Positions 1 to 11,584 of a stretch of DNA of 58,554 nucleotides are shown piece after piece. The translations under genes and the position numbers were made by a program. The notes beneath the pieces were generated by a model. The model was given only the letters and a program-made list of their open reading frames with translations, was not told where the DNA came from and did no database searches. Position 1 is the stretch's first letter, and each line of letters starts with the position of its first letter. The stretch is from Scyliorhinus canicula (lineage: Eukaryota). The DNA lies in the NCBI RefSeq assembly GCF_902713615.1, contig NW_024055744.1, forward strand, positions 594,593-653,146. Reading direction: 5' to 3'.

Positions 1-10
1 CTTGTTTTAG

Positions 11-300
11 CAGCTGTTCTTTGTTACTCGGGGCACTTGAGATATCGATGGGCCCGACCAACCGATGGGCAAGGACAGACCATTTCGATTCATCACAATG
101 CTACATGCCCAACAAAGGACTTTGTATCCTGGTCCCAGCAGTTATTTAATCAGGCTCCCGATTATCTGATCTTCACAGTCATGGATGGAAGAGTTGAAGG
201 AATGTTTAAAGTAACTGTGGACCGCGAGAAAAGTTCCATCGCTCAAACTGTTAATACGGTTGAGGTGTCAGACACTGCGGTGCATTAGAATAACGTGAGA
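11..300 (+). pseudogene. TCR V-segment pseudogene (V exon; leader outside window)
   Basis: Acceptor ttttAG at 9-10. Translation ...ISIHHNATC..VSWSQQ..APDYLI...FKVTVDREKSS....VEVSDTAVH*NNVR has a stop in the YYC motif and lacks the canonical first Cys. A degenerate RSS follows. Confidence 0.8.
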
Positions 301-339
301 CACTGGGAATCAAAGACACGAGGAGCCTGTAGAATAATT
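301..339 (+). other. Degenerate 23-RSS
   Basis: CACTGGG (301-307), 23 nt, AGAATAATT (331-339), directly after the V end. Confidence 0.65.
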
Positions 340-814
340 CACTCGACATGGGGACTGTGGGGGACAACCAGTCAATGGGCATTAGAAGTGAGTGTGATAC
401 AACAAAATTGTCTTAAAATGTTCTCATCGAGAAAGCTATGAAATTAAAGAATCTAATTGTTATTGATAATAATGTAATTTGCAGGTTCACCTTCAGTAGA
501 AAAAATAAATAACTCACCTTGAAGCTTTGGCTTATTGAACTTTGATGACATCTTACTGAATGTTCAGCAGCTTGTAAGCCTTCCAGTCTTTGTAAATTGA
601 CAATCCAAATTTAGCAATTGTGGATTCAGCAAATGCATCTATTTATACAAATGAACATGTGCTGTGCAAATGTGGGAATAGCAAAACAATCAAAAAGGTC
701 ACCGATAATAACCCCAATTCAACCAAACCTATAATAATCTGACATAATGACAATCTAGCAATACAATCCAGCAGTATTCCGGAATAAATCGAGAATTGCT
801 GTTTCACAGACGGA

Positions 815-833
815 ATGCCAGTAGATGGCGCTC
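815..833 (+). promoter_or_regulatory. Candidate CTCF-binding element
   Basis: CCAGTAGATGGCGC at 818-831 matches the CTCF core consensus CCASYAGRKGGCRS exactly. Confidence 0.55.
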
Positions 834-963
834 CAAGACTTTGTTTTTGACGGAAACCTGTTCAGGCGTCAGGTCACCGCTGTTGCAGCTGACAGCTGAG
901 AATTCGGGGCCAGAAGTTTGGCGCCGTTATTCTTGGTTGCAACGATTATGTATTTAGGGCAAG

Positions 964-1650
964 AGTCTCTCTCTCTAAATTCCGGATTCCATAGCACAGA
1001 ATGAAGTCTTCTGGCGAAGTAATAATGACCGTACCTCTGGTTCAGAATCTCTCAGTTAAAGTCCTATATCAGGCCATGATGGCTGTAGAAGGCACATTCC
1101 AAACGTGATCAAACAGGTTGATTATCCGCTTGTAAATACTTCCAACAAACCTGCTGGCAGGCGATATGTGCAGGAGAGATTCGTGGTCAGCCATATTGCA
1201 GAATGCAACGGCAAACTACCGCAGCACTTTGTCAAGCTTAATCATGCCCGATCCAATGAAAGATTCTGATCCCCAACACCCTTCAAGAGTGATAAAGCAA
1301 AGTATTGTAATATCACATGGGTAAGTCCGAATAACAGGTTTAGCACAATGTTTCCAATCGATATCATTCCTTACTGTTTCATAGAGAGAAAGGGTTTTCA
1401 TCTGTCCATTATTTCGCTCCCGAAAGTTCTCGTTAGTCTTTGCTACAAGGTCAAATTAAACGGAAGATAGCTGGACTCACAAATCCTTTTCTCCACGGTA
1501 CGTTTATCGTTTCCGGCCGAGAATTAAACATTCCCACTGCCGTCTGTGTCAATAATATTTATAATATTTCCAACATCACAATAGCGACTTCATTGGAAAC
1601 TTACTCCCTGAGGTTACCATGGCACCCGGGGTCAGTAAAACACCCTGCAT
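964..1650 (-). pseudogene. Decayed V gene with IgH-like features (leader exon 1650-1605, V exon ~1280-1002, degenerate RSS 1001-964)
   Basis: 46-nt leader MQGVLLTPGAMVTSG with phase-1 donor A|GTAAGT. Acceptor cttgaAG| is followed by CWGSESFIGSGMIKLDKVLR*FAVAFCNMADHE. The frameshifted 3' end reads L-R-D-S-E-P-E-(D)-T-V-I-Y-Y-F-A-R. RSS relic TTCTGTG-22-AGAGAGACT. Confidence 0.55.
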
Positions 1651-2644
1651 CAACACGAATTGATTTTCTCTTAGCGACCGATATTGGATTCCTGGGGTTA
1701 AGTCTACTGTCCGCCCATTGGTTTTTTTTAAAAATTTCCTTCTTTATTTCAAAATGTTTCTTACCCGGCTTCGGTTGATAAGTGATCACCAACTCTTGTG
1801 ATTTCACGGATTTTCTCTCCAGTGTGCTCATCACTTTCCGCTCCACAGGACACTGGCAATGTGCCTGGAACAAATATTCGGGCAGTTTTTTCGGTGACCC
1901 TGACGGAAATTGACCTTCTATTAAGGGCGAGCCAATGGCTGAGAGACTGATGCCCCATCTGTCAGTCAGCGCCCTGATCAACTGCATAAACACATATCGA
2001 GCTGCACGTCCTTTCATACTGTATGTTAATTAACTGAAATGTACAGATACCTAATAATTAACAGCTCTGAAAATATTATTTAACAGACGAATATCAACCC
2101 ATTACATCCGAATTTAGAGTTTGGGGGTTCCAGCTCCTTTCTAGAGTCATGACCCTCAGGATCAATGGTGATACCCCAGTGCAGTCCTCAGGGAATGGTG
2201 AACTGTCAGGGAGCCCGGCTTTCAGCTGAGATGTGAATTCGATTATATTGTCCTCTCTGTCAGGTAGGCGGGACAATCCTGGAGAGTAGCTATCCACCAT
2301 TCACCGTCACTGAAACGACAGACATCACTGTTTGAAGGATCATGCGGGGAGTCAATGGGCTGCTTAGTTTTCTTCATTACATTAGAACACTGTCTATGAA
2401 ACAACTGGGAACATCACAAATGTCCTTTATTAATACTGTATTTTACTTCACTAAGCTGTCCACCTGAGTAGATATGATGTTATTTGTAAATATATTTATA
2501 TATATAAAATATTATATATATATTTATATAAATATATATACATATATAGAAATTACAAGGTAACGGAAATTTAAGATTCAGTTCAGACTCGCCACTGATC
2601 AAAGTGTTTCCCTAACACACAGTTATCTTGATCGCCGCTCTGAC

Positions 2645-2683
2645 AGTTTTTGTACAGGTTCAGCCCAGCTGTGTGTGTCTGTG
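2645..2683 (-). other. 23-RSS
   Basis: CACAGAC, 23 nt, ACAAAAACT on the minus strand. Confidence 0.9.
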
Positions 2684-2987
2684 GGTCTCAGTGCGCAGAA
2701 ATACACCGCGGAGTCTGTCAGCTCCGTTTTCGACACTTTCAGGGGGACGGTGCTCTTCACATGATCAAACTCCGCTGAAAAACGGTCACCCAAAGATTTC
2801 TCTGCGTTCTCGCTGTATCTGTTTCTCTGCAGCAGAAACTCAATGGACCCGCTGGGATACTGACGGTACCAGAATAGGCCAGGGTTGTTGCTTGTAGATG
2901 TGTAATTACAGAAGAACTGAACATCACCTCCTTCACTCACAGTGACTGAACCCGGTGTCTGTGTAACAGAGTCTCCTCGACAATGTC
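2684..2987 (-). CDS. TRAV/DV: TCR alpha/delta V exon (open; leader uncertain)
   Basis: Acceptor ctctcacAG|, then GHCRGDSVTQTPGSVTVSEGGDVQFFCNYTSTSNNPGLFWYRQYPSGSIEFLLQR...FSAEFDHVKSTVPLKVSKTELTDSAVYFCALRP with Cys/Trp/Cys hallmarks and an RSS. The candidate leader at 3113-3064 is one nt out of phase. Confidence 0.9.
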
Positions 2988-3813
2988 CTGTGAGAGCCCA
3001 GAGATGTAGTAAATTACACAATGTTCACGTCACTCTGTCTATCACCCAGAAACTGCCTGTCACCCCCAGTAGTTAAATGAGAAATTAATCAGGACATTTA
3101 AACAGAAATACATTTCCCACAGCCGAGCGACTGTAACAGGAAGGTGGTCGAATCGATTCAGTGAAACATATTTTACTTAGCATCTTGGATCTTCCAATGA
3201 GATCAGTTTGTCCCTTTTCCTATATTCTGAATGAAAAACTGAAAATAGTCGATGTGTTCAGAAGATTCGTGTTTGTTAACGTCCCTCACTCGCCCTAGTG
3301 TGTTCTGGATTCCCAATTTAAATCTACCGCGTTCATTCCCTCGAGGAAGTTGATCAACCTCCGTGTTTGGAGAAGGTGAACATTGGATTCCTCCCAGCAC
3401 CCCCCACCGCGTTGAGTAAACAATGCGATTAAATGCAGTGCCTGCCAAAGGTGTAAAATTCAGAACTTGTGACCCTACCGGTTAAAAGAGCTGCCGCTGT
3501 GAGGAATAAACACAAATGCATGTTTGCAGAGAGCTCGCGGCGGATTTGAGAGAACTGGTTGAAGCTAATATGTTTTAGTCAATATTTGTACCTGCCGATT
3601 GGTTCGTTGCTGAGAGCATCATCGGTGGCATCCAATCACTTAAATCCGCTCTATTGTTTAATCCAACCAATGAGCTCACAGCTCATTTGACCGCGAACAC
3701 AGTGGAACAAAGTAAATTTGTTATCCTCAACTCAGGGACAGCGATCAGAGCCAATATTAGTTCAATCTGTAATGCAGGGACAGGTGAACAATTTATGTTT
3801 ATAGTAATAATAA

Positions 3814-4166
3814 AAATCGCTTATTGTCACAAGGATGAAGGAGCAGTGCTCCGAAAGGACCTGGTGTTGTAAGACTTTTTACTGCACAAGGCTAAATAGC
3901 TGGCTTTTAAAGCAGACCATGGCAGGCCAGCAGCGTGTGTTCAGTTCCTGTACCAGCCTCCCCGAACAGGCGCCGGAATGGGGTGCCCAGGGGCTTTTCA
4001 CAGTAACTTCATTTGAAGCCTATTTGTGACAATAAGCGATTTTCATTTCATTTTAAGTATGAAGTTACTGTGGAAAGCCCCTCGTCGCCACATTCCGGTG
4101 CCTGTACGGGTAAGCTTCGTTCTGCATCACAAACCAGCTGTCGAGCTCACTGAGCTAAACCAGCCC
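3814..4166. mobile_element. Mosaic: tRNA-derived SINE tail fragment, Penelope terminal-repeat fragment, SINE (+, ~3883-4050), inverted SINE (-, ~4055-4166)
   Basis: Matches the SINE seen at 38547 and elsewhere (GGGGCTGGTTTAGC...TTCACAGTAACTTCATT...GACAATAAGCG). GAAGGAGCAGTGCTCCGAAAG...CTGGTGTTGTAAGAC matches the Penelope arm at ~43045-43100. Confidence 0.8.
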
Positions 4167-4430
4167 TTTAATAGTATGAGTATTAGTTCTGGAGACCACA
4201 ATGAAGGACGCTCTGACAATGAGACGAAAGCCGACACAGGTGGCTAGTAGGTGCTGATGGATTATTTCCAGAAATGTTATTTCTATTTAATGATTGAGGG
4301 TGGGGGTGGTTCTTTGATGTATTTGAACAGAATAGGGCGTGGACAACACAGGGCTCAGTGAATTTGAGGTGAGTTTATTAGTACAAATATTTTGCAACAT
4401 CTTTAATTTTAACAATAACGTATTTCCACA

Positions 4431-4721
4431 ATAGAATCACATCGAACTCCTACAGTGCAGAAGGAGGCAATTCGGACAAACGAGTCTGCACCGACCCTCC
4501 GAAAGAGCGCCCAACGTATCCCCGATTACCCCTCCTAACCTTTTGGACACTAAGGAACAATTTAGCATGGCCAATCCTGACTTGCACATCTTTAGACTGT
4601 TGGAGGAAACCGGAGCACCCGGATGAAACTCACGGGGCGAAAGTGACAGCTAGTCACCCTAGTCTGGAATCGAACGCGGGTCCCTGGCGCTGTGAGGCAG
4701 CAGTGCTAACCACTGTGCCAC
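4431..4721 (-). mobile_element. HE1-type SINE
   Basis: Reverse complement of the family with head GTGGCACAGTGGTTAGCACTGCTGCCTCACAGCGCCAGGGAC and a CR1-like tail. Confidence 0.85.
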
Positions 4722-5811
4722 ACTGTGTTATCGTAGTAACTTATTAGTTATCCAACTAAATCACATTCTTCTATTGAAAATTGAAGTACTTAAAACTTTG
4801 AGAAAATTTACCTGTCAAGTCTCCTTCAACACCTTGTTACGATCCGGCGATCTCTCCGATCGAGAAGGTTAAGTACAGTAGATACATGGGAATACCAGAA
4901 TCTGCAAGTTTCACTTCAAGTCACGCACCATTCTGACTTTGAAATATATTACAGTTTCTTTACATCTAAATTCAGGAATCCAGTTTACCAATTTTTTCTT
5001 TACGACATCGTGCAGAGGACAGAAAATTGGAATTGTAAATGAAAGAACGTGAAACATAACAAAAGCGAAATACACATGCCCGAGAATGACATAAAGAAAG
5101 AGGTTCTGAAATAACCCAGAATGCATTTTCCTTTCGTCTCACTGATATTTGATCCTATTTATGTAATTGAATTGTTTGAAACAGAGCTCTCAATAAAATG
5201 CCGCTGGAAACTGCGCATTACCGAACTTACAATTTGTCGATGATGCAGACATTATACAATTCACTGGATCACCGTTAGAGGGCGCAGTTGTCACATGTTT
5301 CTCGCTGTTCCAATTGGAAATGATTGAGACAATCATTATCGGACCATTGCTCTTAGCAGTGACGGGGGTGGGGGTCGGCACTGACGTCATTGTATATTTT
5401 TCACATTGGTATCAGACTGAATGTCAATCAGTAGATATCCTTTCCGTTTATGTCTCACAATGAAACCAGAGTGACCAGAGATCCATTTGGACGGCGCAGT
5501 AATTACAAAATGGATGAGAGAGGAAATAAAATGGAAAAAAATGTACAAAAATATTCAGTGATTCTTGTGACAATATATATATTGTAAAGTAGATGAAGGG
5601 CTAACAATTTAATGTGAATGCATCCAACCAGCAGATGGTGATCAAGAGCATCCACGTGAATCACGTGATACAATTGGTTCTGCAAGTAGGTGATTAGGCG
5701 GGACAGAGCGTAGTCTTGTTTTCAGAAGCTCTGTAGGTGGAATCGTAGTTTTAGTTTATCTGTAGTATTTATATCTTAGTAATCAATTCGAATCTATTTC
5801 GTTAATAAATC

Positions 5812-6128
5812 GGGCAGCACGGTAGCACAAGTGGATAGTACTGTGGCTTCACAGCGCCAGGGTCCCAGGTTCGATTCCCCGCTGGGTCACTGCCTGTGCG
5901 GAGTCTGCACGTTCTCCCCGTGTCTGCGTGGGTTTCCTCCGGGTGCTCCGGTTTCCTCCCAAAGACATGCACGTTAGGTGGATTGGCCGCGCTAAATTGC
6001 CCTTAGTGTCCAAAAAGGTTAGGAGGGGTTATTGGGTTAGGAGGATAGGGTGGAAGTGAGAGCTTAAGTGGGTCGGTGCACACTCGATGGGCCAAACGGT
6101 TTCCTTCTGCACTGTATGTTCTATGGTC
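5812..6128 (+). mobile_element. HE1-type SINE, full length
   Basis: GGGCAGCACGGTAGCAC...GTTCGATTCCC...GGAGTCTGCACGTTCTCCCCG...TTCTGCACTGTATGTTCTATG. Confidence 0.9.
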
Positions 6129-7798
6129 TAAATTAGCTTTGTTCAAAACATAACTTGATGCTCTTTGCGAGGCACTACACTTCGAAACCATCCTTCGAAG
6201 CCGCAAAGCAAAGAACATCACAATTCTGAGACACTGAATGAAGGACAAACAATTACATTTTATGATCTTGGCCGTCGATGATCATTGGAGTCTGAATTAC
6301 GACATAGATTAAACCTTTCTGACCATTCACTCTCTCGCCACAGATTAATTATTTAGGACTTCATTTTTTTGAAACATACAGACCCTGAATGGGCCTTTGA
6401 ATGATGTCTGGTGGCAACATCCAATGAGGTGAAAGGAAATTGGTGAGAATGTCAGCCATCAGTCTTTCACTTCCGAACAGAAAGTAAAACTCACCTCTCT
6501 CCATCTCTTCCCACTATTGAGAGTCCTGGACTCGGCAGCAATTCCTGGCCCGGAAATCAGACTCTGATTGATCTGCCCTTTGCCGACCTTCTTCATCATG
6601 AGCGGAAACCCCGCAAAGAACTGTTTCCTGTTGGAGCCCTGAAGCTGTTAACATAGTGTCAGTTCATTTATATTAAAAAACGCTTCGTTTTAAAAGGAGT
6701 TAAACAATACCGTGTGGTGGTTGAGTGATGTTATTTTGTGTACAGCTGTTTAGTGTGAGGTTCAGTACTCTCAATCTGGGAAGGGGGGCATGTTGAACCG
6801 ACTGTTGTTTCTCCAATGTTTCTTGGATAGCGTAATGTATGGTAAAGGTGTAAAAGACAGAGTAATACACTGGCTGAACCTACCGGCTAAAAGAGCTGCC
6901 GATGTGAGGAGCAATACAAAGTAGCTGGTGACATATTTGCAGAGTTCCTGGCACATTTCACCTGAACGGGTTGAAGCGGAAACTGTTTCAGTCAAGAGTT
7001 GAGGAGAGGGTGAGTAACACCCGGACCCTATTGATTGGTTCATTGTCGACGGTGTCATCAATTGGCATTCAATCATCTTCCTCTATCCAATTGTATTCTC
7101 TTCAACCAATGATCGCAACCTCCTTGGATGCTAAATTCCTACCATCAGAGCCCTGTGAAAGGAACAAAGTGATTTAATTCATCTTTGAAATGAGTACGGT
7201 CACGCGGAATTAAACCCAAAGTTGACCCATTAAATGGTTCACCATGTAAGGAGGAGACAAGGAAAAAAAACTTCAAATCGTTCGTTAGGAAAGCCGGAGC
7301 CTCAATTAAAGAAGTTGCTCTCTGCCTATTGATGCATCCCCCAGCCGACACAGGAAGGAACTGGGTCCTAAGAAAACTGAATGCAGAAATACGGTAAATA
7401 GGCAAAGACGATATTTTAAATCAAATATACAGTGGTGGGGAAAAGGGGATTGACTGTGTAATACATTTGAACAAGATGGGAGTGTGTGGGCAACGCATTG
7501 GCTCAGCGATCTTGGATTAACTGATCATCAGAAATATTCACAGCACACTCATAATAAAAATAACTTTCACGTATATTTATTGGTTAAAAGTCAGAGCGCC
7601 AGACGTCCATTCGATATTGATTCCTGAGTTCAAATTTAAGGGACTAAATAAACAGGTCATAGGTGAGACTGCACCTCACAATACCACAATCACTTCCACG
7701 AGATGGTGCATGGGACAACCAGCACCTGACTGGTTCCTTCATACTTGCACCAACCTGATTTATATAGTCATCATTTCACTGTCATTCGAACAGAGGAC

Positions 7799-8600
7799 TT
7801 AGGACATAGGAACACAGGAATTAGCAGCAGTCATAAGCAATTCAGCCCTTCGAGCCTGCTCTGCTATTCAATCAGATCATGGCTGATCTGTTCCTGGACT
7901 CAAATCCAACTCCCCACCTGTTCCCATATCCCGTTAACCCATTTTTAAAATCAGAAATATATATACATCCTTCTTGAAAACATTTAATGACTCAGACTCC
8001 ACCGCACTGTTGGGCAGCGAGTTCCACAAATTCATCACACTCTGGAGATGCAATTCCTCCTCATCTCAACTCCACATCTCAACCTATATCTGTGACTTCT
8101 CGTTCTAAATTGTCCCACAAGGGGGGACATTTCGTCTAAGTTTAATTTATCAATCCCCTTTAGGATTGTAAATACCTCGAAGAGATTCTGAACTCCAGCG
8201 AGTATAAGCCCAAACTGTTTGATCTCTCCTCATACGTCAACCCTTTCATCCCTGGAATCAATCTGGTGAACCTCCTGTGAACTGCCTCCAAGGACACCAC
8301 ATCCTTCCTCAAATAAGGAGACCAAAACTGGACACAATACTCCAGCTGTGCTCTCTCCAACACCCTGCACAATTGCAACAACACTTCTGTACTTTTATAC
8401 TCCAGTCCTTTTGCAATAAACACAAACATTCCATTTATCTTTTTAATTACATGCTGTACCTGCATACTGACTTTCTACGATTCATGCACAAAGGCACTCA
8501 GGTCCCGCTGCCCAGTCGCATATTGAATCTGCTTTCCTTTTAAATAATAATTTGCTTACCTATTTTGTCGGCCAAAATGGATATCCTCACACTTATTGCT
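7799..8600 (-). mobile_element. CR1/HER1-type LINE 3' fragment
   Basis: ORF 8160-8465 encodes the CR1 RT C-terminus (LEYCVQFWSPYLRKDV...RRFTRLIPGM). Confidence 0.9.
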
Positions 8601-8621
8601 GGATCAAATCCCGGGAACACG

Positions 8622-8796
8622 CTCACTTACAACAGTATGGGTGTACCTCACTTACAACTGTATGGGTGTACCTCACTTACAACTGTATGGGCGTATCTCA
8701 CTTACAACAGTATGGGTGTACCTCACTTACAACAGTATGGGTGTACCTCACTTACAACTGTATGGGTGTACCTCACTTACAACACTATGCGTGTAC
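8622..8796 (+). repeat. 25-bp minisatellite, 7 copies, inside a LINE 3'UTR relic (~8600-8880)
   Basis: Unit CTCACTTACAAC(A/T)GTATGGGTGTAC, followed by TGCAGTGGTTCAAGGAGGAAGTTCACCACCACCTTCTCAA. Confidence 0.9.
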
Positions 8797-9055
8797 ATAT
8801 ACACATGGAATGCAGTGGTTCAAGGAGGAAGTTCACCACCACCTTCTCAAAGGCAGGTAGAAATGGGCAACGATGTTCATTGTCATTAACCACTTTTTAT
8901 AAAGCACCCAATCTGTAACCGTTCCGACCATGAAACCATGAACAGAACTAACCTGCTCCTGCCTCCTGGTGGTGAGTGCTTGTAAACAGTATACAACTAA
9001 TGCAGACAAAGTGGGCGTTCGGGGTAATTTGTGACTATTAACTACAGATACAGAG

Positions 9056-9280
9056 GGGGCAGCATGGTGGCACAGTGGTTAGCATTGCTGCTTACGGCGC
9101 TGAGGACCTGGGTTTGAATCCCGACCCTGGGTCACTATCCGTGTGGAGTTTGCACGTTCTTCCCGTGTCTGCGTGGGTTTCACCCCCACAACCCAAAGAT
9201 GTGCAGGTTAGGTGGATTGGCGACGCTAAATTGCCCCTTAATTGGAAAAAATAATTGGTTATTCTAAATTTTAAAAACAA
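9056..9280 (+). mobile_element. HE1-type SINE (short form) with target-site duplication
   Basis: HE1 head and body, flanked by ACT(A/G)CAGATACAGA at 9041-9054 and 9281-9294. Confidence 0.9.
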
Positions 9281-9579
9281 ACTGCAGATACAGATGAAAT
9301 CGTAAATTGACACCTAAAAATGGCTGATTGTATGAATAATTGTTTCGTTTAGGTCTTCACAGTTGATAGATTTATAACAGACTTTGGCAGGAAGAGCTTC
9401 TGTCGTGCAAAGCAGCAAGAGTTTGTTTCCAAGGATTTAACTGTTTTTTTTTATAACTGTAAGTCAGCACCGCTTCTTCGTATATCACAATGCCTGAGAA
9501 CGGCGGCTGAGTGATAGAATCTCCTTGCCTGATCTGAAAAAGATGTTCTACAGAGGAGTAGTTTCTAAATGGGAAACGG

Positions 9580-10262
9580 CTGAGGACGTCAGTAGCACAA
9601 AGGGTCCAAATTCAATATTCTCTCAAGGTTAACGTGCAAATTCAGTCGGCAGTTAAGAAGGCAAATGCAATGTTACCATTCATGTCGAGAGGGCTACAGT
9701 ACAAGAGCAGGGATGTACTCTGGGACTGCATGAGACCCTCGTGAGACCCCATTTGGAGTACTGTGAGTAGTTTTGGGCCCCGTGGCTAAGGACAGATGTT
9801 CTGGCCTTGGAAAGAGTGCAGGGCAGGTTCATAAGAATGATCCCTGAAATGAAGAGCTTGTAATATGAAGAGCGGTTGAGGACTTATTTAAACCTACAGG
9901 ATCCGGAGAGGCTTGGATAGAGTGGACGTGGGGGGATGTTTTCAACAGTAGGAAAAACTAGTACCCGAGGGCACAGCCTAAGACTGAAGGGACGATCCTT
10001 TGAAACTGAGATGAGGAAAATTATTTCAGCCAGAGGAGTGTGCATCTGTGGAACTCTTGGTCGCAGAAGGCTGTGGAGGCCAAATAGCTGAGTGTCTTTA
10101 AGACAGATGTAGATAGGTTCTTGATTAATAGGGGGATCAGAGCTTATGGGGAAAAGGCAGGAGAATGGGGATGAGAAAGATATCAGCCATGATCGAATGG
10201 CGCGGCAGGCTGGATGGGCCGAATGGGCGAATTATGTTCCTATGTCTTATGGTCTTCTGGAA
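9580..10262 (+). mobile_element. Degraded CR1 LINE 3' fragment
   Basis: GGCAAATGCAATGTTACCATTCATGTCGAGAGGGCTA...GATGGGCCGAATGG tail, homologous to other CR1 copies. Confidence 0.85.
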
Positions 10263-10419
10263 CGATCAACCAGTCGGGTGTTCAAAACTCAGATTCAAAA
10301 CAGGTATGGAATAAGAGAAAAATTAAAATGCTTTTAATACACCATTACTGTCATTACTACCATTTTGCGAACATTAATAGATTGTTGAGAACGATCAAAA
10401 GGAAAGCGGACATTATAAG

Positions 10420-11190
10420 AACATAAGAACTAGGAGCAGGAGTAGGCCATCTGGCCCCTCGAGCCTGCTCCACCATTCAATGAGATCATGCCTGATCTTT
10501 TGTGGACTCAGCTCCACTTTCCGGCCCGAAAACCATAACCCTTAATTCCTTTATTCTTCAAAAAACTATCTATCTTTATCTTAAAAACATTTAATGAAGG
10601 AGCCTCAGCTGCTTCACTGGGCAATGAATTCCATAGATTCACAACCCTTTGGGTGAAGACGTTCCTCCTAAACTCAGTCCTAAATCTACTTCCCCTTATT
10701 TTGAGGCTATGCCCCTCGTTCTGCTTTCACCCGACAGTGGAAACAACTTGCCCGCATCTATCCTATCTATTCCTTTCATAATTTTATATGTTTCTATAAG
10801 ACCCCCCCCCCCCCCCCCCCCCCGGCCCCATCCTTCAAAATTCCAACGAGTATAGTCCCAGTCTACTCAACCTCTCCTCCTAATCCAACCCCTTCAGATC
10901 TGGGATTAACCTCCTGAATCTCCTCTGCACACCCTCCAGTGCCAGTACGTCCTTTCTCAAGTAAGGAGACCAAAACTGAAAACAATACTCTAGGTGTGGT
11001 CTCACTAACACCTTATACAATTGCAGTATAGCCTCCCTAGTCTTAAACTCCATCCCTCTAGCAATGAAGGACAAAACTCCATTCGCCTTCTTAATCACCT
11101 GTTACACCTGTAAACCAACTTCCTGTGACTCATGCACCAGTACACCCAGGTCTCTCTGCACAGCAGCATGCTTTAATATTTTATCATTTA
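10420..11190 (-). mobile_element. CR1 LINE 3' fragment
   Basis: ORF 10880-11098 (IKKANGVLSFIARGMEFK...PHLEYCFQFWSPYLRKD) and a CATAAGAAC tail. Confidence 0.9.
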
Positions 11191-11584
11191 AATAATAATC
11201 CCGTTATCTCGGAAGGACTTACTCACTGCGATGTCAGAGAGTCACCAGGAATAGTAAGAGGTGATTCCCCATATCGCGCCCATTGTCTGTTTGACAAGAA
11301 CTCCTCTACAGCAAGTACAGACTCCACCAACAGTACTTATAACCCAACAGCGATGGCAATCAGGGAATAGGGATAGCGATATCTTCACTACCAGAGCTGA
11401 GGTCAGGCGAGTCAAAGGGAAATGGTGGGACGTCCTATAACGGGCGCCGTTATCTTATGCAGTGTGTGATCGATAGTAATGATCGAGCTCTCCTCACTTT
11501 AGGTCTCAATGACACCTTTCTTCTTTCTGTGCAATAAATCATCCAAAGAGGCCAGTTTCCAGGCATTGTGACTCGCTGATTGTA

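Noticed and set aside
1601-2017. 138-aa minus ORF containing YQPKPGKK (V FR2-like)
   Set aside because: It lacks the Cys/Trp framework and overlaps the promoter and leader of the 1.0-1.65 kb relic in another frame; the resemblance is probably chance.
5812-5890. tRNA gene-like sequences at SINE heads (also 9056, 26412, 38547, 40953)
   Set aside because: They are tRNA-derived SINE heads continuous with SINE bodies and do not form complete cloverleafs.
8938-8977. Leader-like mini-exon MNRTNLLLPPG-G|GTGAGT
   Set aside because: It is poorly hydrophobic and no V exon follows. The same bases are equally explained as a CTCF-like motif on the minus strand.
10801-10823. Long poly-C/poly-G runs (also ~34930, ~35424, ~37968, ~44067)
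   Set aside because: They are simple homopolymers of uncertain length with no associated structure.
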